NCBI GenBank assembly: GCA_964016885.1
Contig: OZ024743.1
Coordinates: 341,434,001-341,498,000, forward strand
Length of the DNA stretch: 64,000 bases
Source of the DNA: Eledone cirrhosa
Taxonomy: Eukaryota
Direction of reading: 5' to 3'
The notes under the pieces were generated by a model that saw only the letters and a list, made by a program, of their open reading frames with translations, was not told the DNA's origin and ran no database searches. The position numbers and the translations under genes are program-made. Shown here one piece after another: positions 29,022-42,054 of this stretch; position 1 is the stretch's first letter, and every line of letters begins with the position of its first letter.

Positions 29022-31207
29022 TGACTGTATTACTAAATAGAGAATCGGAAATCTTTGCATCCTGTCCGCATGCTATCTCTAATTCCTCCTTCTATTATAA
29101 ACCTATAATCTCAGGTAGTTGATTTTTCGGAATCTCACTTTACTATTCTGGTTTAGGCGTCTTGTCTTGATATTTTTTATATTTTATATATTTTTTTTTT
29201 ATTTTTATATTCTTTATGTTTCTTAATTTACCACTTACTCTTTTCTGTGAGTTATGGTGTCTATACAGGGTGGGGTCTTCTATAGCTGGACGTAGATACT
29301 TCATCATCATTGGTGAATTGATACACCCACTCTCTTGAGCTGGTTGGTATGTGAAAGTTTAGCACATGAGTGGTTCTGTGGGTATAGGGTTTTGTATCTG
29401 TGGGTATATTTGTAGATATATATTTTGTGTGGATGTTTAGTTATATGTATAACACAATTGTTTGTGGCGTATTCGGATTCAATAGCTGTTTGGATTCCTT
29501 ATCATTTTAGTTTTTTTTAGTTTATTATTATTATTATTAGTTTTCTTCGGTTTATTGTTTTTTGTTTTCTAGTTTTTTTAGCTTATTTAGCCTATTTAGT
29601 CCTTTGTCCATTATTATATCTCTATCTTTATACTCATCCTTTGTCGACTAATATATTTCTATCTTTATATTCATCCCCAGTTGGAGTGTATCTTACTATC
29701 TCCTTGACTAACTAATAGTTTAATTTTAGTCTTCTACATCTACGGTTAATGAACTTCATTTTTTCTACACTTAATCTTTGCCTTATTGAATATATATATT
29801 ATATCTTTATGTTCCTTCTTGTCCTCCATAGTTTTACTTCTTTCTGTTCATTTTTGTCCCCCATAGTTTTTATTAGAATCTTTACTTTGGATAACGTCAG
29901 TCGTCATAACGGAAATTAAATATATATTCGATGAATGTATTCGCTCATTTATTGGAATATCTTAATTTCTATCGGCATTAGTGACTTAAACTTTGTTCCA
30001 AATGGAGTGTACCATAATGTGTATTTAACTTTTAATAAATTAATTAAAATTAAAAAGGGTTTCGATTCAGTTATTTGACTTTGAATAGTTGTATCATTAA
30101 TTTTCACCTAACAGTTTGTTGTGCCTCCGCGTTTTTGTTCTTGTTTTGTTTTGCTATAATATATTTTGTTGCTTCTGTCTGTCTTTCCTATCCTTTGTCA
30201 CTTGTGTGGATGAATATATTGAGTAAATATGATTTAAATCTTTCTCCCTTGCAATTATATGTTTGGTGTTGAAATATTAATATGTAATATTACATTGCTG
30301 TATGTATTTGAATTGCCTATATCTCTATACATCTTATCGTATATTTGCTATACGCTCATTTATTTTTATTTTATTTTATCGGTATTTATCGGTAAATATT
30401 TACCTGTTATATTTTATTATTTATTGTCTATTATATATTCTTTACTATATATATATTTTTTTACCATACTTTATTTTATTTTATGGTATTATGTTTTACC
30501 CTGTGGTATACGTTATATTTTTATACATGTTATGTTGACTTTGCATGGTACGTTGGAAGTATTTATGTTTTTTAATGTCAATATTTCTTTGATTTTAGTA
30601 TTGTTTAATCACACCGTCAGGGTGATTATTCTATTATAGTGCATATATATATATTTGTGTTAATATGTGTATGTGTAAATGTGTATATGTGTGTATATAT
30701 ATATGTGTGTGAGTGTGTGTGTATATATATATTAAATTTTATTTCTGTATTATATACTGCATTGTATTGTATATTATATTATATTTTTTATATCTTATTT
30801 CTCGTATTTTATTACTATGTTGTATTTCGAGTATTGGACATATATTGTACTTTTAACGTGGCTTTTTTAATGTTTGCTTGCTCTCTTGCCCTATAGTTTT
30901 TATGTACCAATGTACCCTATTAGGTTTGACACGTCTTTCCTGGATAATTTTCTGAAATATCCTTCCTTACATATTATCGGGTGTATATTTAAATATTATA
31001 AATTTTTACCGATTAGTAATTAAGTGCCCTTTCTTAGTTACCTGAAATCTAAATATGTCGCAACTTCCTAGACCCTACCTCCCTATCCTGTTTTTATATT
31101 ACCTGCATATTATATCTTTTAATGTAACATTTAAATTTCTATTTTTCTATTTCTCTATTCTTCTGAATTTTGGCTTGTTCTAGCCGTTGATATGTTTTGT
31201 CTTTTCC

Positions 31208-31252
31208 TTGCTCTGAAGAGACCTAATTACCGGGACGAAACATTGTCAGCGA
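31208..31252 (+). ncRNA. Minimal hammerhead ribozyme at the 3' end of a T-rich element
   Basis: TTGCT-CTGAAGA-GACC..GGGAC-GAAAC-ATT-GTC-AGCGA, then AATAAA and (TA)n. Confidence 0.7.
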
Positions 31253-31293
31253 ATAAAGATGTTTAATGTATTAAAGGCTTCTTTGTTGATTTA

Positions 31294-31358
<65 letters not shown>

Positions 31359-32194
31359 TGTTTTGTTTTCTTTAATAACTAGTTTTTTTTAATGGTATAT
31401 GTTATTGTTGCTTAAATCTAGTTTGGTTAGATCATGAACATCATACCTTTTTCTTAAAAATTGTGGTTTGATATAGCTTTTATTGCTACGTCTAGCTGTG
31501 CTGCTACATTAATGTTCCCTCTATGTAAACACGAATTGGTGGCAGCCATGGCAGAGTTGTTCAATATATTTCTCTCTTCTTATCTATATTAGTTCTCCGT
31601 TATATTTACTTTTTGGGACTATGTTTGTGAAATTTCGGCCATAATTTAGTTGATCCTAAGACTAATGAAAAAAATGTCCCACATGCAATCAAACCATTTC
31701 TTTATAAACAGGAGACTACAATTTAAAGACGGGGAGGTTTTATTGGACAGGAATCTGACTTGTATTTCTATCATATTTTCCGACTAAGTACATTATCTGC
31801 AGCTGGCTTATAGTAATAATATTTGCTGTAAGAACGAATGCATATGTAATAGCAGACTGTAAAGTTGGTTACTGCAATACATTCTGTTTTTTCCACATCC
31901 AGGTGATCTTCCCGTTTGAGTATTTTGGTGTTTGCTCATATTTATCACATCGTAGGCCTTGACTAGATAGACTGACGTACAGTTGCAATTGAAACATGAC
32001 AATTCCACCCAAAGACCCTGAATTATATTAGCCAATGTGTCGTTCGATTTTTAAGCCTGTTATTTTATCTTGAGTAGATTTAGCTGTTTTTTGCTGTTTC
32101 ACGCAAAAACACCGGCTGTCTTTGGTACATCGAGTGTATTGTTCAATATACGGTATATTTGCTAACAAGGATTTGATAATATTTATAATTGTTT

Positions 32195-32366
32195 CTACTA
32201 TTGGAACAAGGCCAGTAATTACCCAGTACATTACTGGTACTTTATTTTATCGACACCGTAAGGATGAAAGGCAAAGTTAACCTCGACGGGATTTGAACTC
32301 AGAATGGCAAGGGCCGTAACTCTATGCGTCAAAGCATGGCGTCCGATCCTCTACCGATACTGCCAA
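32195..32366 (-). mobile_element. tRNA-derived SINE
   Basis: Same family as 11319. More diverged copies lie at ~34077-34265 and ~35020-35152. Confidence 0.8.
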
Positions 32367-32689
32367 TAATATTTATAATATACGCATTCCAGTCAGCAAG
32401 AAATATTTATTTTAAGATAATTTTCTTTGTCCGTTTCACCAAAATGAAAAGCAAACAAGGTATTCTAGTTGTGAAAACCTTGTTTGTTAGACACACTGTA
32501 TCTGTGTTTACATTACTCAATATCTTTTTTTTTCTTTTTGATGACAACTACGTGGGATTGAATGGAAATGTGGTTGCTGTTTCTAGCAGAAACAATGAAT
32601 GCTCAAAGTCTACTTCGTTGGCTTGTGATGTTGTAGATGCTACTAATTACTTTGCATATTTTCCTTGTATTTTCTGTTTTTGCCTCCTG

Positions 32690-33230
32690 AATAGAAATAT
32701 TTGCCAGTTTTCTATTTGTCGGTAGCTAATTTTCTTTATTATTTCCTTGTTTGCTTTGCTTGACGTTGAATTATATTTCTCTTATGTGAAACGTTGATGT
32801 GCTGTATTAGATGTTATTCATTACTTTCATCAGGTTAGTTCTGTAATTTGCGTAATATATTTTATTGTACTATTTTTTCGTCATCTTGATAATAAATATT
32901 TGCCAGTTTTCCATTTTTCCTTTTGCTTCTTTTCTTTCCGTTCCCCTTATTTATTTTCTTGATGTCGAGTTGTGTTTGACTTATATTAAATGTTTGTGTG
33001 ATGTGTTAGGTGTTATTCATAATTTTCATCAGGTCAGCTATTTCACTTCTGTAATTTGGGTTATTTCTTTTATTGGTGGAGTTTTTTGTCTGATAGATAA
33101 TAAATATTTACCATTTTCCTGTTTTTCGTTGGCCTTATTTTCTTGTTTAGTTGCTTCATGTTGCATTTTAAAAATTATGTGAAACGCTGACGTACTGTAT
33201 TAGATGCCATTCATTAATTTCATAAGGAAT
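32690..33230. repeat. Old diverged ~200-bp tandem repeat (3 units)
   Basis: Recurring AATATTTGCCAGTTTTC...TTAGATGTTATTCAT..TTTCATCAGG. Confidence 0.55.
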
Positions 33231-35358
33231 CTATTTGAGTGGTATATATTACGCTGTTGGATATATTTTATGGAATGTATTTTGAAGATATGCGCTGGAT
33301 GGTTTATACTAGCGATTAAGGTTGCAGTGCACTGTTGTTCTTGTCCGTTATCTCCATATTTACATTGATTGATCAAACACAGACCTGTCAACTCTCCTCG
33401 TCCGACGGGGAGATCTCCCACCCACTTTATGGTGGGTGAGAGATGTGGTCTTATGTGGAAATGGTTATAGCTTTCCTTATGTTAAAACCTCCCCGTTTCG
33501 CCTCATTTATCCCCGTTTTGGGGCGCTTCTTTTCATGGTACTCCCCGCTTGGGTTTCTAGATATTTGCAGGCCTGCAATCACATTATCAGTGTCTCTAGA
33601 TCCGTTACAATTCTGTCTTTAGATCACGTATAGTGTATCAAGGTATACATTATCCTATATGTGTAAATCCCTTTAAAAGAAAGTAAGAATTATTTAAGTG
33701 AGAATTTTCTAATATTTAAATTAACTTAAGCGATCCCATAGATGCTTATTAATTCGTTCGTGTGAACATTGGTCGCTAAAGTATTTAAACGACTGTTAGA
33801 TATAAGATGTGCGTATGCCTGATGCTGATTTTCATGATGTCCCGAGCACTGTCCAACACACGTTAGAAACAATAAATTTAACCAATGTAAAGACAATACT
33901 ATCAAATCCAAATAGCATATAGAAGAACCAGAATAGTCAAAATAAAAAAAAAATAAAGATTGTTTAGATTCTAGATCAAATTGATATGACGCATGTATTA
34001 CCTTAAGCAAAACAAATAAACACAAGGAAAATTAAAGACAACTTTTGAATAGCCGTGCTGTGGAATGATTTTTAATTTAGGCACAAATCCAGCAATTTCT
34101 GGTGAAGGGAATGCGACCATATGGTACTATATTTTATTGACCTTAGATGGATGAAAGACAAAGTTTACCTCGGCGTGATCTGAACCCAGAATATAAACAG
34201 CCGTATCTAAATGATGCAAAGCCTTTTGTTCCATTCTCTAACGATTCTACCAATTCACCGCCCTGCTGTTGTAGAATAATAGCAAGGTTGTTTTAGATTG
34301 AAATGCACACCATGAAATCAGATTCGAAAGACATTTCCAAGTTTATAACCTATGGAGAAATCATGAGACATTAACTAAAATATTTTGATACTATGACTAC
34401 AAGCATTAAACGTTTGGGAAAATAATCAATATTCGGGATGGTGAACGGAAAACAAAAAAGGAGAGAGGAGGAAGTAGATGGAGAGGTGGAATAAAATGTT
34501 TTACGAAGAGGAAATTTGGACAGACGATGCGAGCGAGTCTAATGAAGGATAAAGAGTCAGTTATCTAGCTACGATGCGTCGATCCTAACGTTCTCGTCCT
34601 TTATGTCATATTCCTATTCTACGTCGTAATTCCTTTGCCCGAGGAATTATTGATAAATGTGCTTTCTTAATATTGTGATGTACACCACATTATAATACAT
34701 CTATATTCATTAACTATAGTACTGCTATTAAATAAAGTCGATATAATTAGTATATTATAATTCATTTCATTATGGCAGCAAATAGAAACAAGGCCGTAAT
34801 CATAACAAATTCAACTATGCAAACCATTGATCACTTAAATGCATACTGTATTATGCATGCATGTTCCTGTAACAGCCGAGGCATACGGCATTTCTGGGGA
34901 AATTTTAATATCTAGCGGAGCCTCATACCCCTCAAAGCCTGAATATCGCAGATTTATCCCAGAGAAGGATAGAGAGTGAAGGAATGAAATCGAAAAAGAG
35001 ATATAGAGGAGGAATCAATCGCAGTAATTTACTGCTACTATTTTATTGACTTCAATTGAATAAATGGCAACGTTGACCTCGGCGGGATTTGAAATGAGAG
35101 AGGCGAGAGAGGGAGCAAATACTGCAAAGCATTCTAGGCAACGATTCTGCCAATACATATATGCATTTTCAAATGACTTGACTGCATGATAAAGTTGTTC
35201 ACTTCACAGCAATATAATTCTGTAATTTATGGCTGGAGGTACTAAAAGGAGCATGAATATACTATCATGGCTATCTTTTAACAATACCATGCAATTGAAA
35301 TTTGATAGACGAAAGGTGTGTCAAAGTCAATCGCATACACAGACACAGTCACATTCAG

Positions 35359-35429
<71 letters not shown>

Positions 35430-35430
<1 letters not shown>

Positions 35431-35830
35431 TACAAACGAAACGAAATTTAATTTCGTTTCGTTATTTGTTTTTATCGTCTCCGTTGAACCGGTACGTACT
35501 CACACTCTATGCAAATTAGTCTGCCCACTACTAATTTTCATAGAAAAAGCATATAACGATATGTGCTTTTACGATTCTCCAGAAAGGCCGGAAGATAGGT
35601 AAATATTGCGGATGAGTTGTAACAACAACGAAACTAGTTCAATATTCCTTGTCTGGCTTTCTGGAGAATAGAGGAAAGGTGTTTCCTCAAAAACCAGTAT
35701 GACTCTAAAAACCGGTTTGTCTGTGTGTTTACATACAGAATAGCTGGACACTCACAGTAAAGTGACCAGTGAAAAACTTGGTACATCTACATATGTATAC
35801 GTGTGTGTATTCATATGCATACTAGTATTT
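35430..35830 (+). repeat. Distant member of the 422-bp family: octamer 35509, TATA-like 35551, hammerhead 35602-35646
   Basis: AATATTG-CGGATGA-GTTGT-AACA-ACAAC-GAAACTAGTT-CAATATT. The core carries two substitutions. Confidence 0.65.
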
Positions 35831-35868
35831 CAGTATACATATGTGGATGTACATTTTTAACTTAATTG

Positions 35869-35925
<57 letters not shown>

Positions 35926-36227
35926 GGCGTAGACATACAACACAACAGGAGGAACAATGAATATAACACCACTGACGATGTTGCAGATGTGCAACGAAAG
36001 ATTGATGTAAATTATGTAAACTATATATATGTGTTTGTGTCTATATTGTATCTGTATTGTTTTTGACTGCCGGTCAGTCAATGGCAACATGGAGGACCGA
36101 GTAAGTTAGATCGCAGATATATATATATATAAAAGACAGCGAGAAGCGAAAACCAACCAAACAGTGAGTGTGTTCTGTTATTAATTCTGGCAATATTACG
36201 CAAATATGACCCTCCCCAAATATAACA

Positions 36228-36493
<266 letters not shown>

Positions 36494-36539
36494 TTATATA
36501 TATATATATATGTATATATATATGTGTGTGTGTATGTCA

Positions 36540-38018
36540 CATTCAAATATTCAAAACAAAAACAAACAACAACACCGAAACACATTCAGAAACACACACA
36601 CATATACACTAAACACACACCCTACTACCACCACTAACCCTCACCCCCACACCTCTCACCCCCACACCTCCATCCCACCACCCCGCAACTAACCTCACTA
36701 ACACACCCTAACCCCAAGCACACGAACACACGCACCCACTTACACCACCCACCCCACACGCACCTAACATCACTAACACCCCCCAACCCTACGCATACGT
36801 ACCCACAAACCCTCGTACACCACCAACTCTGCACACCCTACCACCACTAACCCCCACTCACACCTGCATTCAACCCCTCCCCACCTCCCGTATACTAACA
36901 CCCACTAACACCTCTTCATCAAACTACACACACACCAGTACACCACACTCCCTCCATAGAACCACACACACCCTTCTCTCCCCGCTCCACCCACACCCTC
37001 GCTCCACACTCACTCATCCCACTAACACCCCTACTAATACACACACACACACACACAAACCCTCCTCACTCCAACTTTCACACCTACCCATCCTCGCCCC
37101 CTTGCCATTCCACTGACTGCTGTTATGCCCTCTGACCACCTCCCAGCACTAACAGACCACAGCACTCCCACTGCTGACCACTTCCTGTTGCGCGCGCACC
37201 CCACATCTCTCCTCTTCCGACCACCGCTTCATGGATTACCCACACGCAGAAATTCACCTACAACCAATCCACTAAACATCTTTCGAATTTACCAACTTTT
37301 CAACCATCCTCTTACGTAATCACCTATATAACTCACCCACACACACACCCCAAAAAAACATTTTTCTCCACACGCCACCCACACCCACAACACGCCTAAA
37401 CCCCACACACACGTGCTTTCGACCACATATTTACACCCTCAGCCTCCTGATTCCTCTCCCCCCACCCCTCTATTCACACATGCACATACACTCCGACCCC
37501 CTCCCCATACACACCTCTTCCTGAACATGCAACCCCGTTCTTCCCCCAACCCTTACTTTCACATACACACACGCACACACACGCACACCTACACACACAC
37601 ACCACCTTCAGCCCTCCCCGCTCGGACACCCCGTCTCCCTCTCCCCACTCCATCCGCCACCACCCCTACACACCCCACATCCTTCCACCACCTGTTTACC
37701 CCCCTTTTAATTTCAGTTTATTTTGATCATGCCTTTATTTTTAAATTTATCTCCTTCCTTGTATTTTGATCATGCTTTATTTTTATTTTTATTTTTATCT
37801 TTACTTGTTATTTTTTCATTCGCACCGTTTCCTTTCGCTATATGTCTCTCCACCACTCCCCTACACACCCTTTGAACTCTGTTCCCACACACTTCTCACC
37901 TGAGGAAGGGCTTATGCCCGAAACGTCGTCCCCCACCTACACCCACTCTCCAGAGCGTGAAATTAATAAACATTTGTTGTACTGCCTCACTGTTTTGTCC
38001 CTGTTCAAATGTTTCCAT

Positions 38019-38020
<2 letters not shown>
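36540..38020 (+). mobile_element. C/A-rich non-coding element ending in a minimal hammerhead (37895-37930) and AATAAA
   Basis: AC-CTGAGGA-AGGGC-TTAT-GCCC-GAAACGTC-GT. A related decayed 3' end lies at ~63910-63990. Confidence 0.55.
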
Positions 38021-38049
<29 letters not shown>

Positions 38050-38312
38050 GGAAAAAATGAAACGATATTTCATTTCCCACTCTTAGTACGGCTGTTACTT
38101 AAATATAAGTATGTACACGTACATACATATATGTATACCGACGTACAGTAGTATGTATATATATATATACATACATGCACACATATATATATGCACGTAT
38201 GGATTCACCGAACATTTATTATAATGCTCGGTGTGTTTGTAAACAAACATCCCGTATTAAGCCGTAGTGTCTAGCAACCACCGTTGCTCGTTTGTTCAAC
38301 ACTGACAAAGGA

Positions 38313-38355
38313 ACGCTGTACTAGTTTCAAGCTTGTTAGCTATCGTCAGCAACGT
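38313..38355 (-). ncRNA. Minimal type I hammerhead ribozyme of the array (also at 38735, 39157, 39579, 40003, 40425, 40847, 41269)
   Basis: ACGTTG-CTGACGA-TAGCT-AACA-AGCTT-GAAACTAGTA-CAGCGT gives a 6-bp stem I, palindromic ACTAGT and a GUA triplet. Confidence 0.85.
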
Positions 38356-38381
38356 ATACCTTCCTGCCAGATTGTTGAACG

Positions 38382-38429
38382 TATATACTTACCTTATGCA
38401 TATTAACGGCTGAGTAGCCCAATTTGCAT
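38382..38429 (-). promoter_or_regulatory. Putative snRNA-type promoter (octamer - PSE-like - TATA) in each array unit
   Basis: ATGCAAAT-34 nt-TATATA ends ~26 nt before hammerhead stem I. The spacing is conserved at 22043-22090 and 35509-35556. Confidence 0.5.
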
Positions 38430-41400
38430 ATCGAGTGGGTTAATCGGCCGGGTGCACCGAAAACGATAAACGGAAAAAATGAAACGATATTTCATTTCCC
38501 ACTCTTAGTACGGCTGTTACTTAAATATAAGTATGTACACGTACATACATATATGTATACCGACGTACAGTAGTATGTATATATATATATACATACATGC
38601 ACACATATATATATGCACGTATGGATTCACCGAACATTTATTATAATGCTCGGTGTGTTTGTAAACAAACATCCCGTATTAAGCCGTAGTGTCTAGCAAC
38701 CACCGTTGTTCGTTTGTTCAACACTGACAAAGGAACGCTGTACTAGTTTCAAGCTTGTTAGCTATCGTCAGCAACGTATACCTTCCTGCCAGATTGTTGA
38801 ACGTATATACTTACCTTATGCATATTAACGGCTGAGTAGCCCAATTTGCATATCGAGTGGGTTAATCGGCCGGGTGCACCGAAAACGATAAACGGAAAAA
38901 ATGAAACGATATTTCATTTCCCACTCTTAGTACGGCTGTTACTTAAATATAAGTATGTACACGTACATACATATATGTATACCGACGTACAGTAGTATGT
39001 ATATATATATATACATACATGCACACATATATATATGCACGTATGGATTCACCGAACATTTATTATAATGCTCGGTGTGTTTGTAAACAAACATCCCGTA
39101 TTAAGCCGTAGTGTCTAGCAACCACCGTTGCTCGTTTGTTCAACACTGACAAAGGAACGCTGTACTAGTTTCAAGCTTGTTAGCTATCGTCAGCAACGTA
39201 TACCTTCCTGCCAGATTGTTGAACGTATATACTTACCTTATGCATATTAACGGCTGAGTAGCCCAATTTGCATATCGAGTGGGTTAATCGGCCGGGTGCA
39301 CCGAAAACGATAAACGGAAAAAATGAAACGATATTTCATTTCCCACTCTTAGTACGGCTGTTACTTAAATATAAGTATGTACACGTACATACATATATGT
39401 ATACCGACGTACAGTAGTATGTATATATATATATACATACATGCACACATATATATATGCACGTATGGATTCACCGAACATTTATTATAATGCTCGGTGT
39501 GTTTGTAAACAAACATCCCGTATTAAGCCGTAGTGTCTAGCAACCACCGTTGCTCGTTTGTTCAACACTGACAAAGGAACGCTGTACTAGTTTCAAGCTT
39601 GTTAGCTATCGTCAGCAACGTATACCTTCCTGCCAGATTGTTGAACGTATATACTTACCTTATGCATATTAACGGCTGAGTAGCCCAATTTGCATATCGA
39701 GTGGTTTAATCGGCCGGGTGCACCGAAAACGATAAACGGAAAAAATGAAACGATATTTCATTTCCCACTCTTAGTACGGCTGTTACTTAAATATAAGTAT
39801 GTACACGTACATACATATATGTATACCGACGTACAGTAGTATGTATATATATATATATACATACATGCACACATATATATATGCACGTATGGATTCACCG
39901 AACATTTATTATAATGCTCGGTGTGTTTGTAAACAAACATCCCGTATTAAGCCGTAGTGTCTAGCAACCACCGTTGCTCGTTTGTTCAACACTGACAAAG
40001 GAACGCTGTACTAGTTTCAAGCTTGTTAGCTATCGTCAGCAACGTATACCTTCCTGCCAGATTGTTGAACGTATATACTTACCTTATGCATATTAACGGC
40101 TGAGTAGCCCAATTTGCATATCGAGTGGGTTAATCGGCCGGGTGCACCGAAAACGATAAACGGAAAAAATGAAACGATATTTCATTTCCCACTCTTAGTA
40201 CGGCTGTTACTTAAATATAAGTATGTACACGTACATACATATATGTATACCGACGTACAGTAGTATGTATATATATATATACATACATGCACACATATAT
40301 ATATGCACGTATGGATTCACCGAACATTTATTATAATGCTCGGTGTGTTTGTAAACAAACATCCCGTATTAAGCCGTAGTGTCTAGCAACCACCGTTGCT
40401 CGTTTGTTCAACACTGACAAAGGAACGCTGTACTAGTTTCAAGCTTGTTAGCTATCGTCAGCAACGTATACCTTCCTGCCAGATTGTTGAACGTATATAC
40501 TTACCTTATGCATATTAACGGCTGAGTAGCCCAATTTGCATATCGAGTGGGTTAATCGGCCGGGTGCACCGAAAACGATAAACGGAAAAAATGAAACGAT
40601 ATTTCATTTCCCACTCTTAGTACGGCTGTTACTTAAATATAAGTATGTACACGTACATACATATATGTATACCGACGTACAGTAGTATGTATATATATAT
40701 ATACATACATGCACACATATATATATGCACGTATGGATTCACCGAACATTTATTATAATGCTCGGTGTGTTTGTAAACAAACATCCCGTATTAAGCCGTA
40801 GTGTCTAGCAACCACCGTTGCTCGTTTGTTCAACACTGACAAAGGAACGCTGTACTAGTTTCAAGCTTGTTAGCTATCGTCAGCAACGTATACCTTCCTG
40901 CCAGATTGTTGAACGTATATACTTACCTTATGCATATTAACGGCTGAGTAGCCCAATTTGCATATCGAGTGGGTTAATCGGCCGGGTGCACCGAAAACGA
41001 TAAACGGAAAAAATGAAACGATATTTCATTTCCCACTCTTAGTACGGCTGTTACTTAAATATAAGTATGTACACGTACATACATATATGTATACCGACGT
41101 ACAGTAGTATGTATATATATATATACATACATGCACACATATATATATGCACGTATGGATTCACCGAACATTTATTATAATGCTCGGTGTGTTTGTAAAC
41201 AAACATCCCGTATTAAGCCGTAGTGTCTAGCAACCACCGTTGCTCGTTTGTTCAACACTGACAAAGGAACGCTGTACTAGTTTCAAGCTTGTTAGCTATC
41301 GTCAGCAACGTATACCTTCCTGCCAGATTGTTGAACGTATATACTTACCTTATGCATATTAACGGCTGAGTAGCCCAATTTGCATATCGAGTGGGTTAAT

Positions 41401-41556
41401 CGGCCGGGTGCACCGAAAACGATAAACGGAAAAAATGAAACGATATTTCATTTCCCACTCTTAGTACGGCTGTTACTTAAATATAAGTATGTACACGTAC
41501 ATACATATATGTATACCGACGTACAGTAGTATGTATATATATATATACATATGTGT

Positions 41557-41595
<39 letters not shown>

Positions 41596-41607
41596 TGTGT
41601 GTGTGTA

Positions 41608-41641
<34 letters not shown>

Positions 41642-42054
41642 CACATATATTTATAATGCTTGTAAAAAGGAAGTTTGTTTTTTATCGACCGCTCATAACA
41701 CAAATAAGCGACGTGAGTGGGCACCTCGGATTTTCCCAGCCTCGGAAATTTCTTCTGTGCAAATGTATTTTCTTTTATAGGTTATCTCGTTTGGTTTCAA
41801 ACGATCTGACATTGACTCACTCGCCATCGACTCCTATCTTTGAAAACGGAGGCGAAGAAGATTGGGCCCCTTGGTGTTACAGATAACAGATAAGCACCTC
41901 TCAGTCGTTTAAATTTATAGAAAAGCACCTGTTCGGGACCGAGATTAATTTTCTTCCTAGGTTTTTTCGTGTGCTTTCAACTCATCGGACCTCCGAGATG
42001 ATCACAATTGCCTTTTTCCCGAAAATGGAATTAGGGGCGGGGGCTATAATGTAA

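Larger units (their letters stand above)
38045..41550 (-). repeat. Near-perfect tandem array, 422-bp unit x 8.3, one hammerhead per unit (retrozyme-like satellite)
   Basis: Unit starts are 38045, 38467, 38889, 39311, 39733, 40157, 40579, 41001 and 41423 (partial). Only a few differences between units were seen. Confidence 0.97.

Noticed and set aside
38052-38057. T6 run on the minus strand as a Pol III terminator in each array unit
   Set aside because: It is not conserved in the diverged copies at ~21735 and ~22550, so it cannot be claimed as functional.
38045-41550. CRISPR array interpretation of the tandem repeat
   Set aside because: Whole 422-bp units are repeated with no unique spacers, there are no cas genes, and the context is eukaryotic.
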